A stretch of 64,000 bases of DNA from an uncultured Candidatus Rokubacteria bacterium (GCA_963789955.1 CAWBMV010000034.1:64001-128000), one strand, 5' to 3'. Counted from the first letter of the stretch, positions 41,740 through 52,378 are shown. Made by a program: numbers and translations. The notes: generated by a model from the letters alone, not told the origin.

Positions 41740-42324
41740 TCAGTTGAGCTCGTCCAGGGTGAGGCGGAAGCTCGGGACGAACGTCTCCAGGAAGTAGCGC
41801 ACCTCCGGCAGATCGAGCTCCTCGACACTCGCCCGCAAGCTCTTCTCGGCCTGCGCGAACTCGGGATTGCCCGCGCCGGTCTCCTCGAGGCACTTGAGAT
41901 AGGCGCAGAGCTTGTCGGCCGCGCGCACCAGGCGGCGATGGGTCTCATCCCGCGGGTCGGGTCGGAAGAACGATTCGTAGCCGGGCTTCAGCGCATCGGG
42001 GATCAGCGCGAAGAGCTTCTCCTTCGACGCCGCCTCGATCGCGTGATAGGCGCGATTGATCTCGGGATTGAATTCCTTGACCGGCGACGGAAGGTCACCG
42101 GTCAGCACCTCGCTGATGTCGTGGTAGAGCGCCAGGGTCGCCGCCCGCTCGGGGCTCACGTCGCCGCCGAAGAGCCGATTGCGGATGATCGCGAGGGCGT
42201 GCGCGATCTGCGCCACGCGCAGGCTGTGCTCCTGGATGTTCTCGGGATAGGTGCTGTGCATGAGGCCCCAGCGGCGGATGAACTTCATCCGCGACAGGTA
42301 CGCGAAGAAGTGGCTGGTGGACAT
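41740..42324 (-). CDS. yfbR: HD-family 5'-deoxynucleotidase
   Basis: SHFFAYLSRMKFI.RW.LM, ENIQEHS, YHDISEVLTGDLP.PVK, ADKLCAYLKC. Confidence 0.93.
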   Translation of the reverse strand: MSTSHFFAYLSRMKFIRRWGLMHSTYPENIQEHSLRVAQIAHALAIIRNRLFGGDVSPERAATLALYHDISEVLTGDLPSPVKEFNPEINRAYHAIEAASKEKLFALIPDALKPGYESFFRPDPRDETHRRLVRAADKLCAYLKCLEETGAGNPEFAQAEKSLRASVEELDLPEVRYFLETFVPSFRLTLDELN

Positions 42325-42325
42325 C

Positions 42326-43126
42326 TCAGACCCGGAGCTTCGGATCCAGGGTGTCGCGCAGCCAGTCGCCGAGCAGGTTGACGCCGAGCGCCGTCAGCGC
42401 GAGCGCGGCGCCGGGGAACGCGGCGAGCCACCACGCGACGTACAGAAAGTCGCGGCTCTCCGAGAGCATGCTCCCCCACGCGGGGGTCGGCGGCTGGACG
42501 CCGAAGCCGAGAAAGCTGATCGCCGCCTCGGCGACGATGAACGACGAGAACTGGAGGCTCGCGACCACGATGATCGACGGCGCGACGTTGGGCAGCACGT
42601 GACGGAACATGAGCCGGACGCGTCCCATGCCGAGCGCCGCCGCCGCCTGAACGTAGTCGCGCTGCTTCACGGAAAGCACCTCGCCGCGCACCACGCGAGC
42701 ATACACGACCCATCCGGCCGCCGAAAGGCTGAGGATGATGTTGCGCAGGCCGAGCCCGACGATGGCGTTGATCGTCATCGCGAGCAGGATGAACGGAAAC
42801 GAAAGCTGCACGTCGACGATGCGCATCAGCACGGTCGACGGCCAGCGCTCGACGAATCCGGCGACGAGACCGAGCAGCCCGCCGACGACGGCGGTGACGA
42901 CGACCGTGCAGCCGCCGATGAACAATGCGAGACGCGCGCCGAACAGCAGGCGGGCGAGGAGATCGCGGCCGAGCTGATCGGTGCCCAGCGGATGACCGGC
43001 CGCGCCCGGCGGCTTGAGGCTCTCGGAGAATTCGGTCCGCAGCGGATCGTGCGGCGCCAGCCACGGCGCCAGGAGGGCCGAGAGGACCGCGGCCAGGGTC
43101 AGGCTGATCCCGAGCCACTTCTTCAT
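42326..43126 (-). CDS. ABC permease, DppC-like
   Basis: LGTDQLGRD, HVLPN, LLGDWLRD.LDP. Confidence 0.93.
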   Translation of the reverse strand: MKKWLGISLTLAAVLSALLAPWLAPHDPLRTEFSESLKPPGAAGHPLGTDQLGRDLLARLLFGARLALFIGGCTVVVTAVVGGLLGLVAGFVERWPSTVLMRIVDVQLSFPFILLAMTINAIVGLGLRNIILSLSAAGWVVYARVVRGEVLSVKQRDYVQAAAALGMGRVRLMFRHVLPNVAPSIIVVASLQFSSFIVAEAAISFLGFGVQPPTPAWGSMLSESRDFLYVAWWLAAFPGAALALTALGVNLLGDWLRDTLDPKLRV

Positions 43127-43154
43127 GGGCGGGGTTCGTTCATCGCGCGATCAC

Positions 43155-44072
43155 TCATTGCAGACGCACACGCGGGTCGAGCCAGCCGTAGAGCAGGTCG
43201 ACGGCGAGGTTGACCAGCGTGTACATCAGCGAGATGAAAAAGACGGCGGCCAGGACGACGGGGAAATCGCGGTTGAGGAGCGCCTGGACGGTGAGCCGGC
43301 CGAGCCCGGGCCACGCGAAGATCGTCTCGGTGATCACCGCGCCACCGAGCACCTGGCCGGCCTCGAGCCCGGCGAGCGTGACGATCGGGATCGCCGAGTT
43401 GCGCAAGGTGTGCTTGCCGATCACGCGGCCCTCGCCGAGCCCCTTGGCGCGCGCGGTCAGGACGTAGTCTTCGCCGAGCGCGTCGAGCACCGCCGAGCGC
43501 GTGAGGCGCGCGATCCGCGCCGAGTAGAACGCGGCCAGCACGATCGAGGGCATCACGAGATGCGCGAGGCCCCCCATGCCGCCGGTCGGCAGCCAGCGGA
43601 GCTGTACCGAGAACAGATAGATGAGGAGGAGCCCGAGCCAGAAGCCGGGCGTCGCCTGGCCCAGCACCGTCGAGATCGTCCCGACGTGATCGAGCACGCT
43701 GTCGCGACGCACCGCCGAGACCACGCCGAGCGGCACCGCGACGACGACGGTGAGCAGCAACGACGTGCCGGCCAGGAGCAAGGTCGCCGGCAGTCGCTCG
43801 AGCACGAGGCCCAGCGCGTCCCGGCGGTAGCGGAGCGACTCGCCGAAGTCGCCGCGCAGTGCGCCGCCGACGAAGCGCGCGTACTGCAACGGCAGGGGAT
43901 CGTTGAAGCCCAGACGCTGACGGAACTCGTTCACGTCCTTGGCCTGAATGTCCATGGGCATGAAGAGCAGGACGGGATCGCCGGCGAGGCGCACCATGAA
44001 GAAGACCGCCGTGAGGGACAGAAAAACCACGAGCGCCGTCTGGGCGAGACGGGAGACGACGTAGGCCCGCAT
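43155..44072 (-). CDS. ABC permease, DppB-like
   Basis: DYVLTARAKGL..HTLRN, ETIFAWPGLG. Confidence 0.93.
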   Translation of the reverse strand: MRAYVVSRLAQTALVVFLSLTAVFFMVRLAGDPVLLFMPMDIQAKDVNEFRQRLGFNDPLPLQYARFVGGALRGDFGESLRYRRDALGLVLERLPATLLLAGTSLLLTVVVAVPLGVVSAVRRDSVLDHVGTISTVLGQATPGFWLGLLLIYLFSVQLRWLPTGGMGGLAHLVMPSIVLAAFYSARIARLTRSAVLDALGEDYVLTARAKGLGEGRVIGKHTLRNSAIPIVTLAGLEAGQVLGGAVITETIFAWPGLGRLTVQALLNRDFPVVLAAVFFISLMYTLVNLAVDLLYGWLDPRVRLQ

Positions 44073-44127
44073 GGGCCTACAGTTGTATCACGGTGCTACG
44101 CGTGACCCGGCCGGCGGCGGCCGTCGC

Positions 44128-44529
44128 TCAGCAGGCGCGCTCGGGGACCCAGTAAGGCTGGTAGTAGCCCCCGGTGTACGAGCGGGACTCGTAGTGCCCC
44201 TCGACCCACACCGCGTCGTAGTTGTAGTAGGACGGGACCCACACGTTCTCGGCGTAGCTCTGGGGCACCCACGTGTACGCCCAGTAGCCCTGGACCACAC
44301 ACCGCTGCGGCGCGGCGAAGTAGACCGGCTGCGGGACGACGACAACCGGCGCCACCGGGCGGCGTGTGAAGTTCGGCCGCTGGGAATGTTGGATCTGCCC
44401 CGGCTGGTTCTTACCCTGACGGAAGTCGGTGTTGTTCTTGAAGGTGACGGTCACGTCGGCGGCGTGGGCGCCGACCGGAATTCCGGCAACCAGCACGGTC
44501 AGCAGCGGCAGAACGGCCAGGAGTTTCAT
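44128..44529 (-). CDS. Exported hypothetical protein with W-V-x-G-Y/H-W type repeats
   Basis: GGAGG RBS, signal peptide, VQGYW / WVPSYY / WVEGHY repeats. Confidence 0.75.
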   Translation of the reverse strand: MKLLAVLPLLTVLVAGIPVGAHAADVTVTFKNNTDFRQGKNQPGQIQHSQRPNFTRRPVAPVVVVPQPVYFAAPQRCVVQGYWAYTWVPQSYAENVWVPSYYNYDAVWVEGHYESRSYTGGYYQPYWVPERAC

Positions 44530-44620
44530 GTCGCGTCCTCCATACCTTCTGTACGTTCTGACTGCGCCCTGCGGGTTTCTATTTACTTCGACGATCCCGC
44601 CGGGCGCGGCGGGCGAAGCG

Positions 44621-45580
44621 TCACCAGCGCGACGCTTCCTCGAGGGTGCGGCGGTACCACGGGGCGTCGGGGAAGGTGATCGGGCGGATCGCGGGCAAGG
44701 TCACGCCCGCCTCACGATAGGCGCGCACGAAGGCCGCGCCGGCCTCGGGCTTGCCGACCCCGCCGACGGCGCGGGTCAGCCCCTCGGCCACCTCGCCATT
44801 CCGATCGAAGGCCGCGAGCTCCTTGCCGAGGCCGCTGGCCTCGAGCATGGCGCGGTAGAACGGCAAGGTGAGATAGCGCGCGAGCTCACCGCGGAAGGCG
44901 GCGAGGGCCGCCGGCGCGTCGTCCGAGATCGCGAGCGGCACGGCCGCGACGATCTCGAAGCCGTCCAGGGTCTTGCCCGCGCGCGCTCGACCGCGGCCGA
45001 GCGCCGGCACCGCGACGTCTCGTACGTAGTCGGGCGAGCAGAGCCAGAGGACGACGCCGTCGGCGATCTCGCCGGCGAGCTCGAGCATCTTCTTCGACAG
45101 CGCCGCGAGATAGATCGGCGGCGCCGGCGGCCGCTCGGGCACCGCGAGACTCCAGTTGACCTTGTAGTGCCGGCCTTCGAAGGCCGCGGTGCCGCCGAGC
45201 GCGCCGCGGAGGACGGCGACGTACTCTCGCGTCACGGCGAGCGGCTCGCGCAGGGTGAGTCCGAGCGAGGCCTCCATGCTGACCTTGTGGCTCACGCCGA
45301 TGCCCAGCGTGAATCTCCCGCCGCTGATTTCCGAGAGCGTGAGCGCCGCCTGAGCCATCGCGACGGGGTGACGCGGGTAGATCGGGACGACGCCGTTGCC
45401 CAGCCCGAGGCGCGTCGTCGCGGCGCCGTAGGCGCCGAGCACGAGGAACGAATCACGCCCGGAGCCGTGGGTCACCCACGCGCTGTCGTAGCCGAGCGCC
45501 TCGGCGCGTCGCGCGAGGTCGACGCCGGCCGCGAGGTCGCGCCCCGGATTGAGGAAGGCCGCGCGCTTCAGTGGGGCCAC
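44621..45580 (-). CDS. LLM class flavin-dependent oxidoreductase
   Basis: AEALGYDSAWV, SGGRFTLGIGVSH, PIYLAAL..LAGEIADG. Confidence 0.92.
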   Translation of the reverse strand: MAPLKRAAFLNPGRDLAAGVDLARRAEALGYDSAWVTHGSGRDSFLVLGAYGAATTRLGLGNGVVPIYPRHPVAMAQAALTLSEISGGRFTLGIGVSHKVSMEASLGLTLREPLAVTREYVAVLRGALGGTAAFEGRHYKVNWSLAVPERPPAPPIYLAALSKKMLELAGEIADGVVLWLCSPDYVRDVAVPALGRGRARAGKTLDGFEIVAAVPLAISDDAPAALAAFRGELARYLTLPFYRAMLEASGLGKELAAFDRNGEVAEGLTRAVGGVGKPEAGAAFVRAYREAGVTLPAIRPITFPDAPWYRRTLEEASRW

Positions 45581-45581
45581 G

Positions 45582-45854
45582 TCAGTCGCGGATCCAGGAC
45601 TCGGCGAGCGGGATCGGCGCCTGGCGCGCCCGGGCGCGGAGCGGGATCACGTTGGAGCCGCGAGCCGCGCTCGGCGCCAGCCGCAGGAGCCCTTCCACTT
45701 CGGCGCGGCGGTAGAGCCGCTGGCGCTTGATCCCCTGGCGGTAGCTGCGCAGCACGCCGCGGCTCACGTAGGCGTAGAGCGTCGCCGGCTTCACGCCGAG
45801 CAGGCGCGAGGCCTCCTTGACCGTCAGGTACTCCTCACCGTTCACGCTGACCAT
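45582..45854 (-). CDS. HTH_17 (excisionase/BldC-like) DNA-binding protein
   Basis: YLTVKEASRLLGVKPATLYAYVSRGVL; GGAGG RBS. Confidence 0.88.
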   Translation of the reverse strand: MVSVNGEEYLTVKEASRLLGVKPATLYAYVSRGVLRSYRQGIKRQRLYRRAEVEGLLRLAPSAARGSNVIPLRARARQAPIPLAESWIRD

Positions 45855-45910
45855 CGCGTTTCGCCTCCGACGCTAGCAGGACCGGCCGGTCTCGTCCAGG
45901 GTCCGCTGGT

Positions 45911-45960
45911 CGAGTCAATCTAAATCAAGTATAATCAATACTGATCAACTAGAGTCAGCG
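45911..45960. promoter_or_regulatory. 10-bp-phased TCAA direct-repeat array (probable operator)
   Basis: TCAA at 45915, 45925, 45935, 45945 and TCAG at 45955; overlaps TATAAT at 45930. Confidence 0.7.
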
Positions 45961-45992
45961 GCGCAGCAGCGGACCAACGGAAGGAGGCGGCG

Positions 45993-47189
45993 ATGGAGAC
46001 GGGGTGGAAGGCGGGGCTCGAGGACGTCATCGCGGCGCGGTCGGGGATCTGCCAGGTCGACGGCGAGCGCGGGAAGCTCTACTACCGGGGCTACGAGATC
46101 GCCGATCTGGCCGGCGCGCTCTCGTTCGAGGACGTGACGGCGCTCCTCTGGCGCGGCGAGCTGCCCTCCGCCGCCGAGTCGGCCGACTTCGCCTCGCGGC
46201 TCGAGGCGGCGAGAGGCCTCCCGGCACCCGTGGCGGATCTGCTCCAGACCCTGCCGCGCGATGCGCATCCGCTCGACGCGCTGCGCACCGCCGTCTCGCT
46301 GGCCGCGACCCGCGACCCCGACGTGCGCTCGAACGAGCCCGACGCCAATCTGCGCAAGGCGTTCCGGCTGATGACCCTGGTGCCGGAGACGGTCGCCGCC
46401 TGGCAGCGGATCCGTACCGGCCGGACGCCCGTGTCAGCGCCGGGCGCCACGTCCCACGCGGCGTACTTCCTGGAGCTCCTCGACGGCAAGGCGCCCTCGC
46501 GCGAGGTCGCGCGCGTTCTGGATCTGGTGCTCACCCTGCACGCCGATCACGAGCTCAACGCCTCGACGTTCGCGGCGCGGGTCGGCGTCGCGACCCTCAC
46601 CGATCTCCATGCGGCCATCGTGGCGGCGGTCGCGACCCTGAAGGGTCCGCGGCACGGCGGCGCCAACGAGGACGTGCTCGCGATGCTGCTCGAGATCGGC
46701 GAGCCGTCGCGCGCGGAGCGCTACATCGAGTCGCGCCTCGGCGCCCGGGCGGGGCTCTCCAGGCAGGAGCGCGGCAACCCCCGGGTGCGCGTGCCCGGGT
46801 TCGGTCATCGCGTGTACAAGGTGGACGACGCGCGGGCGCGGGTGCTGCGCGGCATGGCCAAGTCGATGGCGGAGGCGACCGGCCGGGAGAAGCTCTTCGA
46901 GGTGGCCGAGCGCGTCTACGACGCGATGCGGGCCCGGACGAGCTTGCCGGTCAACGTCGACTTCTTCTCGGCGGTGGTCTACGACGCGCTCGGCATCCCG
47001 CCGGACTTCTGCACGTCGATCTTCGCCGTCGGGCGCGTCGCGGGCTGGTGCGCGCACGCGCTGGAGCAGTACGCGGACAATCGGCTCATCCGGCCGCGCG
47101 CCGACTACATCGGCGCGGCGCCGCGGCCGCTCGCGGCCGATCAGCGACGGAAGACCGAGACCTCCATGGCGTCGTCGTCGAAGTCGTAG
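45993..47189 (+). CDS. Citrate/2-methylcitrate synthase family protein
   Basis: GLEDV, LYYRGY, HADHELNASTF, GPRHGGA, GFGHRVY, NVDF. Confidence 0.93.
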   Translation: METGWKAGLEDVIAARSGICQVDGERGKLYYRGYEIADLAGALSFEDVTALLWRGELPSAAESADFASRLEAARGLPAPVADLLQTLPRDAHPLDALRTAVSLAATRDPDVRSNEPDANLRKAFRLMTLVPETVAAWQRIRTGRTPVSAPGATSHAAYFLELLDGKAPSREVARVLDLVLTLHADHELNASTFAARVGVATLTDLHAAIVAAVATLKGPRHGGANEDVLAMLLEIGEPSRAERYIESRLGARAGLSRQERGNPRVRVPGFGHRVYKVDDARARVLRGMAKSMAEATGREKLFEVAERVYDAMRARTSLPVNVDFFSAVVYDALGIPPDFCTSIFAVGRVAGWCAHALEQYADNRLIRPRADYIGAAPRPLAADQRRKTETSMASSSKS

Positions 47190-47698
47190 TCGCGACTGTC
47201 GTAGCGGCCGCCGGTCCGCACGTACTCGAGATACGGCGCCACCTCGCGGCGCGCGATGCCGGTGTTGTCGGCCACGATGACCGCGCCGGGCACGAGCTTG
47301 GGCTCGAGCTGGCGCAGATAGTCGAGATAGTCTTCTTTCTCGGCGTCGATGAACGCGAAATCGAAGCGGCCGGGCAGGAGCGGGATGACCCGGAGCGCGT
47401 CGCCGGCGACGACCTTCACCCGGCGGGCGAGGCCGGCCTCTTCGACGTTCGCTCGCACGAGATACGCCAGGAACGGATTCGCCTCGATGCACGTGAGCCG
47501 TCCGCGCGGCGGCATCGAGCCGGCGATCAGGATCGCCGAGTAGCCGAGCAGGGAGCCGAGCTCGATCGCGCGTGTCGGCCGGTGGCGGTCGAGAAGCCGC
47601 CGCAGCACGCGGCCCTTGGCCCGCCCGACGTTCGGGATGTGCCAGGACGTCGTGGCGCGGTCCATCAGCGCCAGCATCCGGCGGGCTTGCTTCGTCAC
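47141..47698 (-). CDS. O-methyltransferase (Methyltransf_3-like)
   Basis: IELGSLLGYSA, FDFAFIDAEK..Y, VIVADN. Confidence 0.9.
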   Translation of the reverse strand: MTKQARRMLALMDRATTSWHIPNVGRAKGRVLRRLLDRHRPTRAIELGSLLGYSAILIAGSMPPRGRLTCIEANPFLAYLVRANVEEAGLARRVKVVAGDALRVIPLLPGRFDFAFIDAEKEDYLDYLRQLEPKLVPGAVIVADNTGIARREVAPYLEYVRTGGRYDSRDYDFDDDAMEVSVFRR

Positions 47699-48648
47699 GC
47701 GCGCGTAGCCGGGACGCGACCCGCGACCGTGTCGGGCACCGGGTAGCGTCGCGTCGACTTTCCCGCCTTGACGATCTGGCCGGGAAGCGCCCGGCCGACG
47801 ATGTCCTGGACTCGCCGCGACACCGCGATCAGCCGATCCAGATCGATCCCGGTCTCGACGCCCATCGCGGCGAGGCAGTGCACGAGATCTTCGCTGCACA
47901 CGTTGCCCGAGGCGCCCGGCGCGAACGGGCAGCCACCCAGACCGCCGATCGAGCAGTCGAGATTCGTGACGCCGTACTCCATGGCCGCCAGGATGTTAGG
48001 AATCGCCATCGCGCGCGTGTCGTGCGTGTGGAGCGTCCACTCGGTCCCCGGGAACTTCGGCACGAGGTGCTCGAGCACGCGCGCGACCTGACGCGGGTTG
48101 GCCATCCCGGTGGTGTCGGCGAGGCCGATGGCGCGCGCGCCCATGTCGGCCAGGCGGCGCACCACGCTCTCGAGCTGCGCGAGCGGCACGTCGCCTTCGA
48201 ACGGACAGCCGAACGACGTCGAGATGCCGCAGGCCACCGGCACCTTCGCGCGCTCGGCCACCTGCATGACCGCGCGCAGCTTTGCCATCGATTCCGCGAT
48301 CGTCATGTTGACGTTGGCCAGGTTGTGGCTCTCGCTGGCCGAGACCACGGTATGGATCGCGTCGACGCCGGCGTCGACCGCGCGCACCGCGCCCTTGTCG
48401 TTGGGCACGAGCGCCGCATAGCGCGTGCCCGGCCGACGCGTGATGCCCGCCATGACCTGCTCGGCGTCGCGCAGCTGCGGGACCACTTTCGGGTGCACGA
48501 AGGACGTGACCTCGATCCGAGGGACGCCCGCGGCCGACAGGAGATTCACGACCTCGATCTTCTGCTCGGTCGGGATGAAATCGGGCTCGATCTGGAACCC
48601 ATCGCGGGTCCCCACTTCGCAGATCGTGACACGCGCCGGCAGCTTCAT
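47695..48648 (-). CDS. Hydroxymethylglutaryl-CoA lyase family protein
   Basis: EVGTRDGFQ, SFVHPK.VPQL, LADTTG, HTHDTR, GGLGGCPFAPGASGN. Confidence 0.93.
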   Translation of the reverse strand: MKLPARVTICEVGTRDGFQIEPDFIPTEQKIEVVNLLSAAGVPRIEVTSFVHPKVVPQLRDAEQVMAGITRRPGTRYAALVPNDKGAVRAVDAGVDAIHTVVSASESHNLANVNMTIAESMAKLRAVMQVAERAKVPVACGISTSFGCPFEGDVPLAQLESVVRRLADMGARAIGLADTTGMANPRQVARVLEHLVPKFPGTEWTLHTHDTRAMAIPNILAAMEYGVTNLDCSIGGLGGCPFAPGASGNVCSEDLVHCLAAMGVETGIDLDRLIAVSRRVQDIVGRALPGQIVKAGKSTRRYPVPDTVAGRVPATRA

Positions 48649-48730
48649 AGCGTCCTCCAGACCTCCGGGTGTGGAAACTGTAGCATGGCGGGCGCCGAAC
48701 CCATCGACGCAGGACCGCGAGTCCTCCACG

Positions 48731-49743
48731 CTATTCGAGGACGCGATCGATGCGGGGAATCAGATCACGGGGGATGTCAAGATTGATCGCGCGAGCCACC
48801 CTCGCGTTGACGACAAACTCAACGCGGTTGTTCGCCTCGATCGGGATGTCTCCGGGCCGGACGCCGCGGATGACCTTGTCGAGGATGCGGGCCGCCTGGC
48901 GACCCGATTCGTGCAGGTTGGCTCCGTAGCTCGCGAGACCCCCGCGCTCCACGTAGAAGTGGTGTGGAACATCGTCGGAAGGTGAAGCCGTGAGGAAGTC
49001 TCGACGACGAAGCCCGGGATGTTCGAGCGTCACCGCGAACGGCGCCAGGATCGCTTGCACGTCATGTCTTGCGCAGCTGCTCGAAGGTGCGCTGGGCGTC
49101 ACCCTGGGTGCGGAGATCTCTCTCGACGAGCGCGATCCCGAGCGTCCGGCTCGCCTCGCGGTACGCCTTGAGCTCGAGGGCGGAGACCGCGTTGCCCCCG
49201 TCGTACGCAAACAGCACACGCTTGAGCGCAGGGACCAGAGCCCGGAAGAGCTCTAGCCGCTTGGGAGACAGCTCCACGTCTTCACTGGTCACGCCGGTCA
49301 GGTTCCCGCCGGGCCTCGCGTAGCTGCGGACAGCTCCGAGCGTCACCGGATCGACCGCCGCGACGAAGATGATCGGCGTCTTCGGCGCGATTTCCGTGGC
49401 CGCGTTGAGGGCGGACGTCGAGCCGAGCACGAGCACGTCCACACCTTGCTGAATGAACTCCCGAGTGACCGTCGGCAGGGCTCCGAAGTCACCCCGGGTG
49501 AATCGAACGCCGAGAACGAAATCATCATGTTCGCGGTAGCCGAGCTCCACCAATCCGTTCCTGAGCCCGACCAGTTGCAGGGGTTGGCCCCCACGCCTCC
49601 GAGACGCCACCGATGCGAACGGGGCGGCGCAGCTGAGCCGCTGCAGTGGATGGCCACGGCGGCGCGCCCGACAACAGGGCGAGCAAGAGCACAAGAGCGG
49701 CGCCGCGGCGATCTGAGCGACGCCGGAAGCCGGGCGCTGTCAC
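48731..49743 (-). CDS. ABC_sub_bind-type substrate-binding protein (about four frameshifts)
   Basis: GLVELGY, DPV..G...ARPGGNLTG, KRLELF, GGLASYG, DKVIRG..PGDIPIE. Confidence 0.8.
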
Positions 49744-49752
49744 GTCGTCGGT

Positions 49753-50344
49753 CTAACGCTTCGGCGCGTGCTCACGCGCTGCTTTGAGCAGGACCTCCGT
49801 CGGGAAGACGCCCATGTCTTCGCCGATCCACCGAGCACGCACGATGCCGTTGGCGTCGACGAGAAAGAAGGCGCGCTTGGAGACGAGAGTCCTTCATCTC
49901 GGGATAGTCGTTCTTGCCGGTCGTATGACCGTAGACGACACCGTAGGCGCGCGTGGCCGTCATCGCGCGATCGCTCAGGAGTGGAAACGGCAGCTTGAGC
50001 GAGTCGGCGAATGCCTTCTGAGAGAAGACGTTGTCGGTGCTGATTCCGAGGATCTGGACACCAGCGGCCCGAAACTTTTCGTAGTCGACCTTCCTGGCCG
50101 ACAGGTTGTCCGCTCAGGCCGGCGCGAAGTCGGCGCCGTAGAACTCGATCAGCACCGTCTGCTTGCCCAAAAACTGGCTCAGCTTCATCGTGCCGCCGGT
50201 CGTCGCCGGCAGCTCGAAGTCGGGCGCTCGTTCCCCGATCTCGATGGCCTCGAGCGTCGCTGCGCCAAACACGCCGGCGACGATAGCGCCGACGAGCAGG
50301 ACGCCGATAGTGACGAGGAGCCGTTGCCTGAAACGCGTGACCAT
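49753..50344 (-). CDS. Peroxiredoxin/AhpC-TSA family selenoprotein (Sec at TGA 50114-50116; frameshift near 49890)
   Basis: GERAPDFEL..FYGADFAPA-TGA-ADNL continues in frame into ILGISTD..FPLLSD; SECIS-like hairpin. Confidence 0.82.
50084..50102 (-). promoter_or_regulatory. Bacterial SECIS-like hairpin
   Basis: GUCGGCC-AGGAA-GGUCGAC starting after an 11-nt spacer from UGA. Confidence 0.7.
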
Positions 50345-50410
50345 GCTGTGGCAGTTCTCCGCGAAAACCTGTTGGTGGACTCGATCCCGAGGGCGTTTCC
50401 ACCGATCTCG

Positions 50411-51584
50411 TCAGTAGCTCCGCGGCATCCCGAGCACGTGCTCGCCGACGTACGCGAGCACGAGGTTGTTGTTGACCGGCGCCGTCTTGTAGAGCCGGCA
50501 CTCCCGGAACTTCCGCTCGACGTCGTACTCCTCGGCGTAGCCGTAGCCGCCGTGACAGTCGATGCACGCGTTGCCGGCTTCCCACGCCGCCTCCGCCCCG
50601 AGGTACTTCGCCATGTTGGCCTCGCCGCCGCACGGCTGGCCGCCGTCGAAGAGCGACCGCCGCCTTGTCGCGCATGAGCTGCGCGGCGTCGGTCGAGACG
50701 TGGGCCTTGGCGATCGCGAACTGCACGCCCTGGTTGGCGCCGATCGGCTTGCCGAAGATGACGCGCTGGTTCGAGTACGCGACCGCTTTCTCGGTGAACC
50801 AGCGCGCGTCGCCGAGCGAGTCCGAGGCGACCAGGATTCGCTCGGCGTTCATCCCGTCCAGGATGTAGGAGAAGCCCTTGCCCTCCTGGCCGATCAGGCT
50901 GGTGGCCGGGATCTCGACGTTGTCGAAGAACAGCGCGTTGGTCGAGTGGTTCATCATCATCCGGAGCGGCCGAACCTCGAAGCCCTTGAGGTTGCGGATG
51001 TCGATCAGGAACACCGACAGCCCATCGGTCTTCCGTTTCACCTGGTCGACCGGCGTCGTGCGCGCGAGCAGCAGCATCAGATCGGACTGGAGCACGCGCG
51101 AGATGAACATCTTCTGGCCGTTGACGACGTAGCGGTCGCCCTTGCGAATCGCCGTGGTCTGGAGCTTCGTGGTGTCCGAGCCCGAGTTCGGCTCCGTCAC
51201 GCCGAAGGCCTGCAGGCGCAGCGCGCCGGTCGCGATCTTCGGCAGATACTCGCGCTTCTGCGCCTCGGAGCCGTGCCGCAGCACGGTGCCCATGATGTAC
51301 ATCTGGGCGTGACAGGCTCCCGCGTTGCCGCCGGAGTAGTTGATCGTCTCGAGGATCAGCCCGCCCTCGCGGATCCCGAGCCCGGCCCCGCCGTACTCTT
51401 GCGGGATCAGCGCCGCGAGGTAGCCCGCCTCGGTGAGCTCGGTGACGAACTTGTCCGGGTACTCGCGGCGGCTGTCGAGGTCGCGCCAGTACTCGCCGGG
51501 ATACCGCTTGCAGATCTCCAGCACGCCCGCGCGGAGCGCGCGCTGCTCTTCGGTGAGGGAGAGCTCGATCGACGCCATCGTCAC
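50411..51584 (-). CDS. Acyl-CoA dehydrogenase (frameshift near 50655)
   Basis: [44 protein letters not shown]. Confidence 0.92.
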
Positions 51585-52378
51585 TTCCCCTTGAACTCTG
51601 GTTTGCGCTTCTCGTTAAAGGCGCGGACACCCTCGAGGCGGTCCTCGGTCACGACCGTCGCATTGTAGGCCTCGATCGCGAGGATCATCGCGGTGTCGAG
51701 GTCGGTCTCGGCGCCGTAGGCGATGGCCTTCTTCGCCTGGCGCACCGCGATCGGACCGTTCTTCGCGATCGTCGCGGCGATCTGGGTGGCGGTGGCGCGC
51801 GCTTGCCCGGCCGGGACCAGGTGGTTCACCAGGCCCGCCGCCTTGGCCTCGTCCGCCTTCATGCGCCGCCCCGTGAAGATCAGCTCCTTCGCCAGCGGCG
51901 CGCCCACGATCCGCGGCAGGAGCTGCGTGCCGCCGATGCCCGGGAAGATGCCGAGCGTCGTCTCCGGCACGCCGAAGACGGCGGTCTCGCCGGCGACGAT
52001 GAAATCCGAGAGGATCGCCAGCTCGCAGCCGCCCGCAAGCGCGAAGCCCTCCACCGCGGCGATCACCGGCACCGGACAGCGGAGCACGCGAAACGCCGCC
52101 TGCTCGAAGATCACGTGCTGCGCGCGCCACGCCTCGTCGGTCATGGCGTTGCGCTCCTTGAGATCGCCGCCGGCGCAGAAGGCCCGATCGCCGGCGCCGG
52201 TGAAGACGATCGCGCGCACGTCCGGGTCGCGCTGGAATCCGTCGAAGCACGCGAGCAGGTCCTCGCCCATCGCGGTGTTCATCGCGTTCATCTGCTCCGG
52301 GCGATTCAGGGTCACCGTGACGACCCGGGCGTCGTCCGAGCGCGTGACGAGCAGATGGCGGTAGCTCGCGGCGCTCAC
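51581..52378 (-). CDS. Enoyl-CoA hydratase/isomerase
   Basis: [32 protein letters not shown]. Confidence 0.92.
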   Translation of the reverse strand: MSAASYRHLLVTRSDDARVVTVTLNRPEQMNAMNTAMGEDLLACFDGFQRDPDVRAIVFTGAGDRAFCAGGDLKERNAMTDEAWRAQHVIFEQAAFRVLRCPVPVIAAVEGFALAGGCELAILSDFIVAGETAVFGVPETTLGIFPGIGGTQLLPRIVGAPLAKELIFTGRRMKADEAKAAGLVNHLVPAGQARATATQIAATIAKNGPIAVRQAKKAIAYGAETDLDTAMILAIEAYNATVVTEDRLEGVRAFNEKRKPEFKGK

